DNA of 64,000 bases, from positions 55,096 to 119,095 of the forward strand of contig JALMLS010000039.1 of NCBI GenBank assembly GCA_038496445.1, written 5' to 3'. Shown here in pieces: positions 16,928-28,484 of this stretch. The notes under the pieces are model-generated. The model searched no databases, had not been told where the DNA came from, and saw only the letters and a list, made by a program, of their open reading frames with translations. A program made the position numbers and the translations under genes. Every line of letters begins with the position of its first letter. The stretch's first letter is position 1. This DNA is from Trichosphaerium sp. ATCC 40318 (Eukaryota; Protista; Tubulinea).

Positions 16928-17242
16928 TATGTTTTTTCTTCTGCTTTTTTTTTTTGAGTAATTTAAAGCAAGTGTCTTGATCACGTGTGTATTAATAAAC
17001 ACGACAACACTTAACCTGTTCAACTGTTGTATCACAGTATCTTAAAGTCAAAGTCATTAACCGGTACAACATACCGAAAGTTGCTGGCCGTGTTTAGTGT
17101 ACAACGTGGCTTAATGTTGGGAAGAACTTGTGATTGTGCAAAAAAAGCAAAAAATTTGATTGTAACGCCTTATGTGTTTAATATCACCCAGCTAAACGCA
17201 TTTAATCCCTCAAGTTCTCTTTTTACTTTAACATTTGCTTAA

Positions 17243-18081
17243 GGGTGTCCTCTAAGTTTTTACTCTGGTTGACCATTGGCAGCGAGTGTAATAATACATA
17301 CTTTGTGATGTATTTTTGTCTGTTTACCCTTCACCTAGCCTAGTAAACTGTGATCTGGTATCACAGTTTGCGTCAAGTGAGGGTTCACTTGCCTTTTTTT
17401 TTTAACAGTCTTTGATTTTTCTATATTGGGCCCTCTAACTATTTATGTCCTTCCGGAATAACATTTACAAAATTGCACACCCTCTGATTTGCTTTATATT
17501 TTTACCATACAATAACCATGTATATACGCAGCTCTGTGTAAAAAATTGGCTTCGAATATGAACTTTGACCAGTATGATTTGCTGTTTTTAGCAGTTTTTT
17601 TTTTCTCAATTGCACACCCTCAGATTTCTCTTAAACCTTATATTCAAAGCCTCCACACCTATTTAAGGTGGTTCTACCAATATCAGCTTCGAATATAATG
17701 TTTAGCAGCTGTATTTTTCCTATTTTGGAATGAAAATCTTATTTTAGTATTTTTTCTTATTTGAACAGGCTTGAATTTGCTTAATACGCAGGTATGCGGT
17801 TACCACGGTTATGACAAGCGCAAATATTGAAAACGAACATCGAATACAGGTTTTATCTTAAATAATAACGTAAAATAGCCTAAAACGCATTTATATGGTA
17901 GGGAAACGCGTTTAAGATAATTTTCAGTTTTGGTAGATGAGTTTAAGCAGTTTTTTTTTTCAATTTTTTAAAGGCCACCAGCGTAGCTGTAAAGTGCTAC
18001 GCTGGTTGCTCTAGGTGTGTGCAACATGCAAGCAAAAAATTAGGCCTTTTAAGGCTTTTTGGCAATTGTGGAAGGACACCC
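17243..18081. mobile_element. Non-autonomous DNA transposon, Kolobok-like (839 bp)
   Basis: TTAA|GGGTGTCCT ... AGGACACCC|TTAA: 9-bp perfect TIR, TTAA on both sides (17239-17242, 18082-18085), purine-purine termini; no ORF; internal tandem duplication of about 137 bp (ttgcacaccctc near 17473 and 17610). Confidence 0.72.
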
Positions 18082-18085
18082 TTAA

Positions 18086-19601
18086 CGAAAACTAACAGTT
18101 ATCAATGGAAAAACAACAACAAACACAGTTCAACCAAGTATTCGACCTTGTTGGGCTACCAATTGAGTTAATAGTCCATATTATCAAACAAGGGACATAT
18201 ACACTTCGTACAGCCCAAACGTGCCATTTTTTACGAGATATTGTTCATAACCATGTTGGGTATGGTCGTATCCATATTAAAAACACAAATGAAGTTCAGA
18301 TGCTTTCTGGTAGCCCATTACTCCACAATACAACTATTGTTCTCAGACTGAGTGAGCTACCAAACGACATTATTGCGGCATTGGCAGGTGTACACACTAT
18401 CAAACTATATTATTGTGAGGCAATAACAGACAATGGCATTGCGGCATTGACAGGTGTACATGATATTGATTTATCACATACAAATGTAACAGATGAAGGT
18501 TTGAAGGCATTGGCAGGCGTACATAAGATTGATTTATCATCTACAAATGTAACACATGCAGGTTTAAAGGCAATTTCAGGTGTACATACCATCAGGTTGG
18601 ATTACCACAAAAATGTAGAGCTACCAGATATTAAAGCGTTGACAGGTGCACATAAAATACGTTTCGCCTATAAACTGTGATAAACAAGCTCAAAATCAAG
18701 ACATTTATCACTTTTATCAATTATCCTTATTCAACTCCAGCATGAACATGTACAACTGTTACCTTACCAAAGGTCGCTGAAATGGGGACCAGGATTGTAT
18801 TTTATATATGTCAACACTGAAGGGAACAAAACTAGTTAGGTCTTTCCACGTGTACAAAAAATAAAATGACTTCCAAATTTCTCAATTCTGCAAACAACAT
18901 TGTAATACGCTACATTTTGATTTACTAGCTAGCTACTGGATTTTTATCTATTGTAGTCACGTGTTTATTATTACAAAATTACATGTTTTTCTCTAGTCGC
19001 GTCTTCTCAAACACGTGAGCAGGTGAGTATTATATGAGTGCCCGAATACGTGACTGTTGAACACTTGAATCCTGTGGGGCAATGGACCTCTGTCACCAAC
19101 TAATTGGTGTGCACTCTCACGCGATTTATTCAAAAAAATTGTGTCCCACACGTGACTTTTATCAAAAGAACACAAAACGAAAAACTGTTCGAATTTTCAA
19201 CGTCTTAGCTTAGGTTTGTTTACCACACCTTCTCCGCCATTTCTCCCCACGCCATGGGAACGTGCGACAGAGAAAGTTGATCAACTTTAGTGTTTTTAAG
19301 CTACACAAGCCATATGTTGCGTATATAATGATATAAGCGTAGTAGTGCACACTACAAACAAAATAAAGCCTACCCCTTTTAATTACGGCGCTATTTGTTC
19401 CGCACGGGCAAACGTATACCCAAGCGCGTTATAAACTTACAATAGTACGTTATGGCGTTATTCAAGAACACGAACTCAGTGTCGTCGCTGAAATAAGGGC
19501 TTTTTGTTATTCCGGTTTCTGACTTAACGGCCTTTTTGTCCGTTCTGTTTTATTGGCATTTACTACCTTACAAGCATACCAACGCAATGAATATACTTGT
19601 A
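18086..19601. repeat. Inverted segmental duplication arm (partner 27883-29917)
   Basis: The LRR gene, its 3' flank and the P450 promoter plus first 5 codons recur in reverse complement at 27883-29917; the partner lacks about 19157-19485. Confidence 0.9.
18105..18680 (+). CDS. F-box-like + LRR protein, family copy 2 (2 internal units plus cap), intronless
   Basis: N-terminal about 75 aa essentially identical to copies 1 and 3; units B, A, then cap AGVHKIDL...SGVHTIRLDY...TGAHKIRF. Confidence 0.85.
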   Translation: MEKQQQTQFNQVFDLVGLPIELIVHIIKQGTYTLRTAQTCHFLRDIVHNHVGYGRIHIKNTNEVQMLSGSPLLHNTTIVLRLSELPNDIIAALAGVHTIKLYYCEAITDNGIAALTGVHDIDLSHTNVTDEGLKALAGVHKIDLSSTNVTHAGLKAISGVHTIRLDYHKNVELPDIKALTGAHKIRFAYKL

Positions 19602-21970
19602 TTAGCGTTTCAAGGACTATTACTGTTGCTTTTAGCATTAGTAATACTTGTTTTGATTCTAGTAGCTCGTATGTACCTACCAGGGTATATTTACGTACTT
19701 GTGGCACTATTTTATTATCCAAACGTTCCAAGACATCCAAACTACAAACCAAACCTTTCAGTATTCGTTCCACGCACAGAGTAAGCCAATGGACTAATTC
19801 AATCAACGATCAAAGTGATTAAGTCTTCAACAACCAACGATTCGTTTCTAGGTTCGGTAATCGACGTGAAGACACTCCAAGAGATAAGAATGGTACTATA
19901 ATTGATCGTAGGATTGACTATTAACAGAATTACAACAGGCGTTTGGGAGAAATTTTTACTCCGGTTTATACCTGGAAGAAGAATGGAGGCTCATTTCCAA
20001 ATTACGGATCCTGACCTTGCAAAACAACTTCTTATAAAAGAGAACCTTCCAAAGAATCTTTCGTCTTATACTGCTCTTGAACAGCTTATTGGTAAAGGCT
20101 TGGTATCACTACAAACAGGATCTGAGTGGAGACATAGAAGGAGATTATTAACACCTTTGTTTTTCTTTAACACACTTGCAAGGATGGTGCCTTTAATGAG
20201 TACGGTGTTTATGTTAATTGATTATTGCTCTTTGGTTCTTTTTGTACTATTTTTTATTTTTAGTTTTGACACGTGATCTCTTTAGATGATGTATCAGAAC
20301 GTTGTTTGAAAAAGTTAGCTGAAAAAATAGATAAAAACGGAGGAAAATATGAGTTAGTTCCAAGAGAGGAATCGACAGTTATTACACAGAGTATGTATCG
20401 CATTACTTAATTAAAACTTTATCAAGGTGACTAATAACAATATTAGACATGATTATAGCACTTATCTTTGGCGGGGAATTCGACCAAGAATGGTAAGTTG
20501 TTTCTTTGCTTTTTTTTCTTTTTCTTTTCGTTTAATAATTTTAAGGTTCGGCGAATCGTATGGTAATTTGCTCAAAACATTCCGCTCCTATATGTTATCA
20601 AAGTTCGCCCTGGGACCTTTTGCAGGACTACTTCCTTATGCCAGGTTCTTAAGCAGTTGTGAAATTTAGACTGACTTCTGTTATTAGAAAGTTCGAATGT
20701 ACAAGAAGCCAAATACGAGACAAACTCAAAGAATTTATTGAAAAGAGGAAAGTTCAGGTCGATAACAATGAATTATCCGATGATAGTGCTGATTTAGTAG
20801 CACTTATGCTCAAAGACAACGGTGATGGTCGTTTATCTGATGACACTATATTAGCTGAATCTTTGACATTCTTCTTTGCTGGCTATGATACAGTACAAAG
20901 AAAACTTGTTTGTATTTCTGTTGATACTGACCTCGCTTTTATAGACTGCAAATCTTTTCTCATGGATACTTTACTATCTATCAAGATACCCAGATATTCA
21001 AGAGAAATGTAGAATGGAAATAGAGTCAGTAGTTGGTACGTGAAAATTTTTCCGAAAAAACATCTTTCAATTAAAATAAAAAACTTAACAAAGTTGTCCA
21101 CAGGCGATGCCAACACAATAACTAAGGACAATATTACAAAGATGGAATACGTAAAAGCATTCATAAAGTAAGTACATTAATACAATCATCACACACTAAT
21201 ATTTTCAAACAGGGAAACACTTCGAATGTCTCCACCTGTAACAATAATACCAAGAAAAACAACAAAACCAATGAATATCGCTGGCCATTCCATTCCAGCA
21301 AATACACCGATTTCAGTCAGCTTCTACGCTATGCTTCGTCATCAATTACATTGGTACGTATATAATAAATGTCAAGTTATGTATATCTAAGTGTGGTGCT
21401 ATTGTAGGGACAAGCCAAATACGTTTAAACCTGAAAGATTTATGAACGGTTCTTCTTCAGAAAAACAATCAAAATTCTGCTTTGCTCCTTTTTCTGCTGG
21501 TGTTCGTAATTGTATTGGACAAAAACTTGCTATGATGGAAATAAGTATACTAGTTGCAACGTTTTTAAGGAAATTTAAAATAGTCAAACCAAGTGGTACG
21601 TCAAACTATCCAAAAAAAAAACTTTAACTCCAAAAAAAAACAACTTCAACTCCAAAAAAAAAAAGGCTTTCACCGAGCTACTCTACTTCTGTTTTCCGTT
21701 TGGTTTCTATTTCCAAAATAATTGTATTCGTGTGGTTGGGAATTAATACTTGTCATAAAAACCGAACACTTGGGAGTGAAAAATGTTGGCTCTTTTTTTT
21801 TTTGAAATTTCGTGATTTTTTTTTTTTCTATGTTGATTTTATTGTTAACCTTCGCTGTTTAAGGTCAAAATGAGGATCCAACTGATGCCAGAAAAGTTTT
21901 CTATGGAAGTATACTAACAGAACCAAATCCTAACCTTACCGTAATCCTGAAACATCGCAGTAAGGCTTGA
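19587..21970 (+). CDS. Cytochrome P450, multi-exon
   Basis: N-terminal TM anchor MNILVLAFQGLLLLLL, WRHRRRLLTP (C helix), FFFAGYDT (I helix), KETLR (ExxR), PERF, FSAGVRNCIG heme ligand; TGA at 21968-21970. Confidence 0.95.
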
Positions 21971-22526
21971 AGGTCCTCAAACTGAAAGCTATTGTGTACA
22001 AAGAATTTTCAATAAAAATAATAAGCGAAAGCCACCAATTTACGTTTGTACTAATTGTGAATGTCAAATATTTTAAATTAATTGTAAGCTCACAGAATAA
22101 AGACTATACTATGTGGTACCAAATTCATTCTTTCTCCCCAGCAAGCCTTCAATAACGTGAATCACATTCAAACGTTGTATCTGCTAGTTCCAGCAAAATT
22201 GTCAGTTCTATAAGAACTAACAGAAGTTGCAAGATCTGTCAGATCTGACTAAACACGAAAACCAAAAGTCACAAACAGCAAAAAGTTGCAAAGATTAGCA
22301 AACTTGAATGATACGGACAATATTAATTAGGCATTTACATGTGTCATAAGCTTGCTATTATATCATAGTAACACGTGATGCTTCATAACTTGTGGCTCAT
22401 GAGTTGAAGGCTCTAAAACAACAAAAAAGAAAATGCCAAACAAGCAGTTTATTTATAGTTTGCTTAACACTAGCACTGAGAAACCAAGTCACAACATGGA
22501 TGTGGTTGCTATATAAATACACTCGC

Positions 22527-22928
22527 TTAATTACATTTATAGCGGGTTACTCGTGGTTTCCCGCCAACGTTCATGCTACCATGGTGATTATTACATCTTC
22601 CAGCGCTAGGTGTTCTCTGATTGCATCGTTTACCACAGTTTTTCTTATTTGGAATGCGTTCATACTAAGCAATTAAATTGAGTGGAAAGTTGAAAGAGTA
22701 TGGGATGAAAAAACTACGTACCGCATCGTAAAGGGCATCAGGGCAAGCTCCCCAACGGTCAGCGCAAAAAGTTCCCGAACTTCCGTCAATTTTTTCATAC
22801 AATTTTGAGCACCATTTGCCTATGCATGCTTCTACCTCTTCGTCATTTCCTGATACCGGACATGTGAACATGAAAACTAAAAAAATAATAGCCAGGGATA
22901 GCGTAGGTATTAAAGATATGTTGCTCAT
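22527..22928 (-). CDS. Small secreted cysteine-rich protein (two exons, about 114 aa)
   Basis: Signal peptide MSNISLIPTLSLAIIFLVFMFTCPVSG; a GTACGT...TTAG intron joins to YERIPNKKNCGKRCNQRTPSAGRCNNHHGSMNVGGKPRVTRYKCN*; 8 Cys in the predicted mature part. Confidence 0.7.
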
Positions 22929-24884
22929 TGTAAGGTGATAATAATGTTTTTGAGTGAAAAGGTGTAGTGAGTTTTTCAAGAGTTTGTCCGATGTATTCCC
23001 GATTTCACATAACCACAAAAACCACCAAACTACACGACCCTACACTACACGATGTTTCACTATTATAATTATCCTTGTCGACTTCAACTAGTAGGTAAGT
23101 TACCCTAAGACAAAGGTTGCCTGTTGAAATAAGCCGAAACTGCTACAGCGAACAACTTCATCTGCCTGTTGTACTAAGGAATGCCACAAAAAAGGTAGTT
23201 GTCTTTTTCTAGCACGTGGAGTATGTAGTAACTTTGGACATACGCCTATTTGAGCGCTATAACCCAATCTTACATTGGCCTTGCTGTTATTTACATACCT
23301 CCGCGGATAGTATACACCACAGTATGTATAATTATGTTAATCAAGCAAAGGGTGAATCGTGCAAAACATACAGACCTGGCAGAACAATGTGAATATATCA
23401 CATTCCACAACACGAGAGCACCTTACTTAAACAATAATTCGACAAAATGTGTGGTAGGTTGTGTAAGGTACTGCCATACTCTAAAATATAGTGTATACAT
23501 GTTCTGTATTGTACTGGTTCACTTCACAGTCAAACTTGCGTTGTGCCATAGCTCATGTAAAATGTAGACTTTCACTTAAATGTTTCCACCTCTGTATGGC
23601 TTCAAAAGCGTAGAATACTCTTTATATGCATTTAAGTAGCGTTGTGAGCGAAAAGTAATTGAAAACGGTGTGAGGTTTCTTTGTAAAACATGCTCTAAAT
23701 GCCAGGAAACTCGCACTCTATTCAGCTTTTTTCCAACAATAAGGTTGGTGACTAGAGGGATCATCTGTTCCATAGCTAAAAAATACAATTTCATATGTTG
23801 TTCTTTTTCATTGGTATTTTGCTGTACCAAAAAGATAGTCTTGGTTAGGAACGGCGCTCCCCCAGCTCTACAGGTCTTACGGGTTTTGCAGTGAAACGCC
23901 AATGTATCATGTTACTTTGTGATACCTTACACTGGCCAGGCTAGTGGATGCTCAGTGCTGGAATATACACCTATGAGTCTACCATCTCGGCAAATGCGGT
24001 GAAACATTGCCCGTGAAGATGCGCATATGTAGCTTAACATAGCCCTGCACGGCGCTTGTCGTAAGCTACTGCCCATTTTTACTCATATATGTATTTCCTT
24101 CCTTGTTTGTAGATAGTATTCCGAATTCTTATGTACCTTTCATTTGTGGATAAAAATAAAAAGGTGGTATTGAGAAATATCAATAAAACACAATTTCGTT
24201 CACCTAATAATGTAGTATTGGTGTTTATGAGCATGTTGTATCTTTGTTTTTGTATCAAAAGGTAAATTCGAGGATAGTTTGATGTAATTCACTGAAAAAA
24301 TGCTAAATTTTACCTTTAGGCCAGCGAACATTGGTCCTGTCCATGACTTGGGATCTTACCATTCTCCAGCCTCCAATCCGTACCCTAACATTGCGCCAGT
24401 ACCTGGAAGTCATTTTGTATTGACAAACATCCAGTCTAATACTCCAAATATGGATAATGCACATTTCAAAACACCTATAAACCCTTGTAGTATCTCTTTT
24501 CATATGTGACAACAGTGGTGGAGATGTTTTGGTTCAGGAAACGTGGCACTAAGTGATCAATTCTGTTTTCAAAAAAAAGCCAAAAAAGAATGAGAATTAT
24601 CGTAATATTAATCCTGTGTAAAGGTATTCGAGAAATCTCTCCAGGCATCTTGGGATAAAGTCAAGAACAAGGCTAGGAATAAGTACGTGAAAGAAGTATA
24701 CGTACATACAAAATTAGCAACCAAGTCCGTTAATTTGCGAGTATTTCATTTAGACTTATAGCGAAGACCTCAAAACAAGAAGGTTCTTTAGCTAATTTTC
24801 CGACTGGGCGTTTCCAAACTTAAACAGCTAACCCTGCTATAACCGTTTAGCAACCACCTCTAGCGCTAAGCATCTTATTCAACT

Positions 24885-25005
24885 GCCACTCCTATTTGTA
24901 GCAATGCACATAACTTTCCGTTCTTACTCTCACGTCTAAGTTGCATGAGGATACACTAATGTCATAGCTTACAGACTTGTAAAAGGTTACATATGTTCAC
25001 AAACA
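24885..25005. repeat. Diverged dispersed repeat of about 120 bp (copy at 33980-34100; terminal motif also inverted at 63907-63927)
   Basis: Shared blocks cactcc(c/t)a(a)tttgtagca, gttctta, tgcatgaggata(c/t)act, atagctt and aa(a/g)ggttac in the same order. Confidence 0.7.
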
Positions 25006-25490
25006 GCGCTACTACAAAATAGCGTTATTTCAAGCAAGCTTATAGCCCTTTGATTAGGAAAACAGTAACCACAGACCTTTCAATGAGGCACAATGTATCA
25101 AAATATAAATACTGCAGCTGTTCTAGGTGATCTTTTGTTTTCTAGATTGCTTGTGTCACTTCTCAAAGACTGGCGAGATTTTTTATTGAAATGCTTTTTG
25201 ATGATAGAGATCTCATATTAGCACCATAGCGTATGCTAGGGGTTTTGTTAGATAAAATATAGTTCGCCGTATTTCAAAGACAGCATTTTTCCTTTCAAAA
25301 AACAAACTTGGCAGTCATTGAGAAGTGACACATGTGTTCACATTGAGGTTCTATGTTATGCTAATAATTGAAGCAGAGTGTTATGATAACTTTATTAGTA
25401 GTATAACGATCAATAAAACAGCTTCACAAACAGGCCGGTCAACGCTATTCTGAAAAGTTGGTTTGTAGTTTTTTTTTACAAATAGTCGCT

Positions 25491-26860
25491 ATGAACCACA
25501 TGTCCAACACAACAGTAATCATTGTGATATCAATCTTTTTTACACTTTCTATGTGCCAGAACTCTCTCCCCGGATTTATTCATCCTGTAGAAATGAATCC
25601 TGACTCTGGAACAGTCGAAGTATACAAAACAGACTTGGAATTAAATGGTACTAGCCTAACGAGTATTTTGTTTGTGTTGTTGTATTTTAGCTTAAAACAA
25701 TTCTGAGCGAGGTTTACACTACTTTTCGCTCATAGCTATTCAGAAGCATGTTTTGCCAACAGTCAACTATCTTTAAACCACGTTTTTGTTCATGTGAAAT
25801 ACGTCTATTTTGGAAACGGCATTGTTTAGTTTACAGGCTCTTTTTCTTATTTGCTTTAGGTTTGGAATCACTTGGCATTACCGCTCAATTCTTCGATACA
25901 CCTACAGCTGAATTTCCTTTTTTATGTGAGTCAAGTCGATGCGCTTAAGTTTTTATTTCTTGATTTTATGAAATATCAAATATTCGACACTTTACTGATT
26001 TCGTACATTAGTACCCTCATTAGATGGCGAAAGAATTCTTATTACATATTCATCCACAAGCCCTGAACCAAATGCGCAAGTTGGATACAAAGACTTAGAA
26101 AATAACGAGATATGCATGGGTAGTATCGATACCGAATTTTTTGATGGGCAGTTTATTGATGAAACGGATTTTTATGGACTAGCCTTTACTACTGATACCG
26201 GCGCTTTTACCATTGACCGCTATAGTATTGATATCTCCAATCCAAGCGATTGTATATCAGACCGAACCGTCACTTGTACAGTGCAAGGTGGTTTGATACG
26301 TGGTAGTACGTAACTGAATTTGTGTTCTAAGATATTTTTTTTTCTCAGAATAATTTTATGTTGTAGTGGAGATTGATGGTGATACGTCGTACTTGTCTTT
26401 ATCTATTAGTTCAATTTCAAGCATAGTGAAATTTGATACATCTATTCTAAGTACAGATCCTTGCATAATTGATGTTGGAACGCTTGAACCTCTTGGACCT
26501 GACTATGAAAGCTCAGAAATATTGTTAACAAATTTCTCTGAGAGTAAACTGCTTGTAACTGCTGTTGCAATAAGAACGACGTTTCTTGTAGATAAGACAA
26601 CAGGTACTTCTAACTAAGATAAAGAGGTTACCATTACTCATTTAATATTTAGGTGCCCGAGAACTATACAACATGGTACCTGATACCATACCTGTGGCTA
26701 TAAATGTATTTTATCCTGGTATATCAACATCAACATGTATCAAGGTACCACATAATTATTTTGACCTTTTCAAAAATCACACGTGATTATTAATGTCTGT
26801 TTTAAGATCACACCTGAGATGAATGCACGCAGGATTCAATTATTATCTCAACAGAAATAA
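25491..26860 (+). CDS. Hypothetical secreted acidic protein, multi-exon (possibly disrupted at the first junction)
   Basis: Signal-peptide-like TVIIVISIFFTLSMC; open exons at about 26011-26307, 26367-26603 and later. I could not find an in-phase splice between exons 1 and 2. Confidence 0.5.
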
Positions 26861-27128
26861 AGAAAGCAAAAAATGTTGAATGTGGGTAAAAAAATAAAAC
26901 CTCAAATTATTGTTGTTTAGGCTTGTTCGTATTCACATAGAAAAACTGAATTTCTGACTTAGACAAGTCCTTTAAATGCAATCATACAGCGTTGCAAACT
27001 TCTCTACCTTAATTTCAATATCACCGCACTTGAAGCTTCCTTAAAGTACTCAAGATGAATAACATTTAAAGCGCTTGTTATCAGAGCACCTTTACGTAAA
27101 GCAAATATTTTTAATCTTACTGAATTTA

Positions 27129-27882
27129 TTAAAGAATGATACAACATCTTGATCTGCGCGTTTTTACGGGCTTAATAATACGCATAGATAAAGGCCTAGG
27201 AGGTAACTTTGGTGTTGCTTCTCTGACTTCAATGTGTGGATACTCGTTAAGTGTTACAGGTGGCTCTGTTGATCGTCCAGTATAAGGTAATAAAGGTACA
27301 CTATGAAAATAGTTTAAGTTTCTTCATGAATTATGATAAGAAAACAAAGTAGTTGGCTTGAAATCTCCTTGATCGCATCACGTGATTTTTAGAAAAATTA
27401 AATAAACAATCACGTGATATATTCTCAAAAGTGCAGGGATAATTTTTTTGATACGGTTTAATGTCTCTGTGATGCTGGTGTAGGCGTACAAGTCACTTGG
27501 TGTATCTTTATGATTATTTCTTGTACTTTCGGTTGTTTTGAGCTCTACACAAGTAATTATTGGCGTCACAACGTAAAACAGGATTATTTTAGTATATTTA
27601 CCTATAGTTTCTTCTTCAGAGTCCATTATGGCGGACATTGTTAGCGATGCAAACGAGCAAGCGAGTAACGTAGTAGAACTTGGAGGGTTAATTTATCAAA
27701 GATACAATTTCACAAATATCATGGCTTATCGCGATGTTAAGCTCGATAAAAACACGTGACGAGCTGAGTTTTTTTTTCTTTCTTAGGGATTACCTATTAG
27801 AATGTCAGTGTTTTTGATTATCGCGGACGTTAACAAAACAAATGCTTCTTCAACTAAAACAAAAGAAGAACATTAACAGAAG
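27129..27882 (-). pseudogene. 5'-truncated spliced gene ending in a CaaX motif
   Basis: Last exon VPLLPYTGRSTEPPVTLNEYPHIEVREATPKLPPRPLSMRIIKPVKTRRSRCCIIL*; upstream exon-like pieces (EEAFVLLTSAIIKNTDILI) abut the duplication breakpoint at 27883. Confidence 0.5.
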
Positions 27883-28484
27883 TACAAGTATATTCATTGT
27901 GTTGGTATGCTTGTATGGTAGTAAATGTCAATAAAACAGAACGGACAAAAAGGGCGTTAAGTCAGAAACCGGAATAACAAAAAGCCCTTATTTCAGCGTG
28001 GACATAATAGTCACGTGTGGAACACAATTTTTTGGAATAAATCACGTGAGAGTGCACACAAATTAGTTGGTGACAGAATCGATTTCGAGAGGTCCATTGC
28101 CCACAAGCTTCAAGTGTTCAACAGTCACGTATTCGGGCACTCATACCTGCTCACGTGTTTGAGAAGACGCGACTCGAGAAATTACATGTAATTTCGTAAT
28201 TGACTACAATAGATAAAAATCCAGCAGCTAGCTAGTAAATCAAAATGCAGTGTATTACAATGTTGTTTGCAGAATTGAGAAGTTTGGAAGTTGTTTTATT
28301 TTTTGTACACGTGGAAAGACACCTAACTAGTTTTGTTCCCTTCAGTGTTATAAAATACAATCCCGGTCCTCATTTCAGCAACTTTTGGTAAGGTAACAGT
28401 TGTACATGTTCATGCTGGAGTTGAATAAGGATTATCAATAAAAGTGATAAATGTCTCGATTTTGAGCTTGTTTATCACAGTTTA

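Noticed and set aside
17243-18081. piggyBac element
   Set aside because: The TTAA flanks fit, but the termini are GGG...CCC rather than the CCC...GGG typical of piggyBac.
23250-24560. Short ORFs on both strands
   Set aside because: No recognisable motif or consistent splice model; possibly decayed coding sequence but not supportable.
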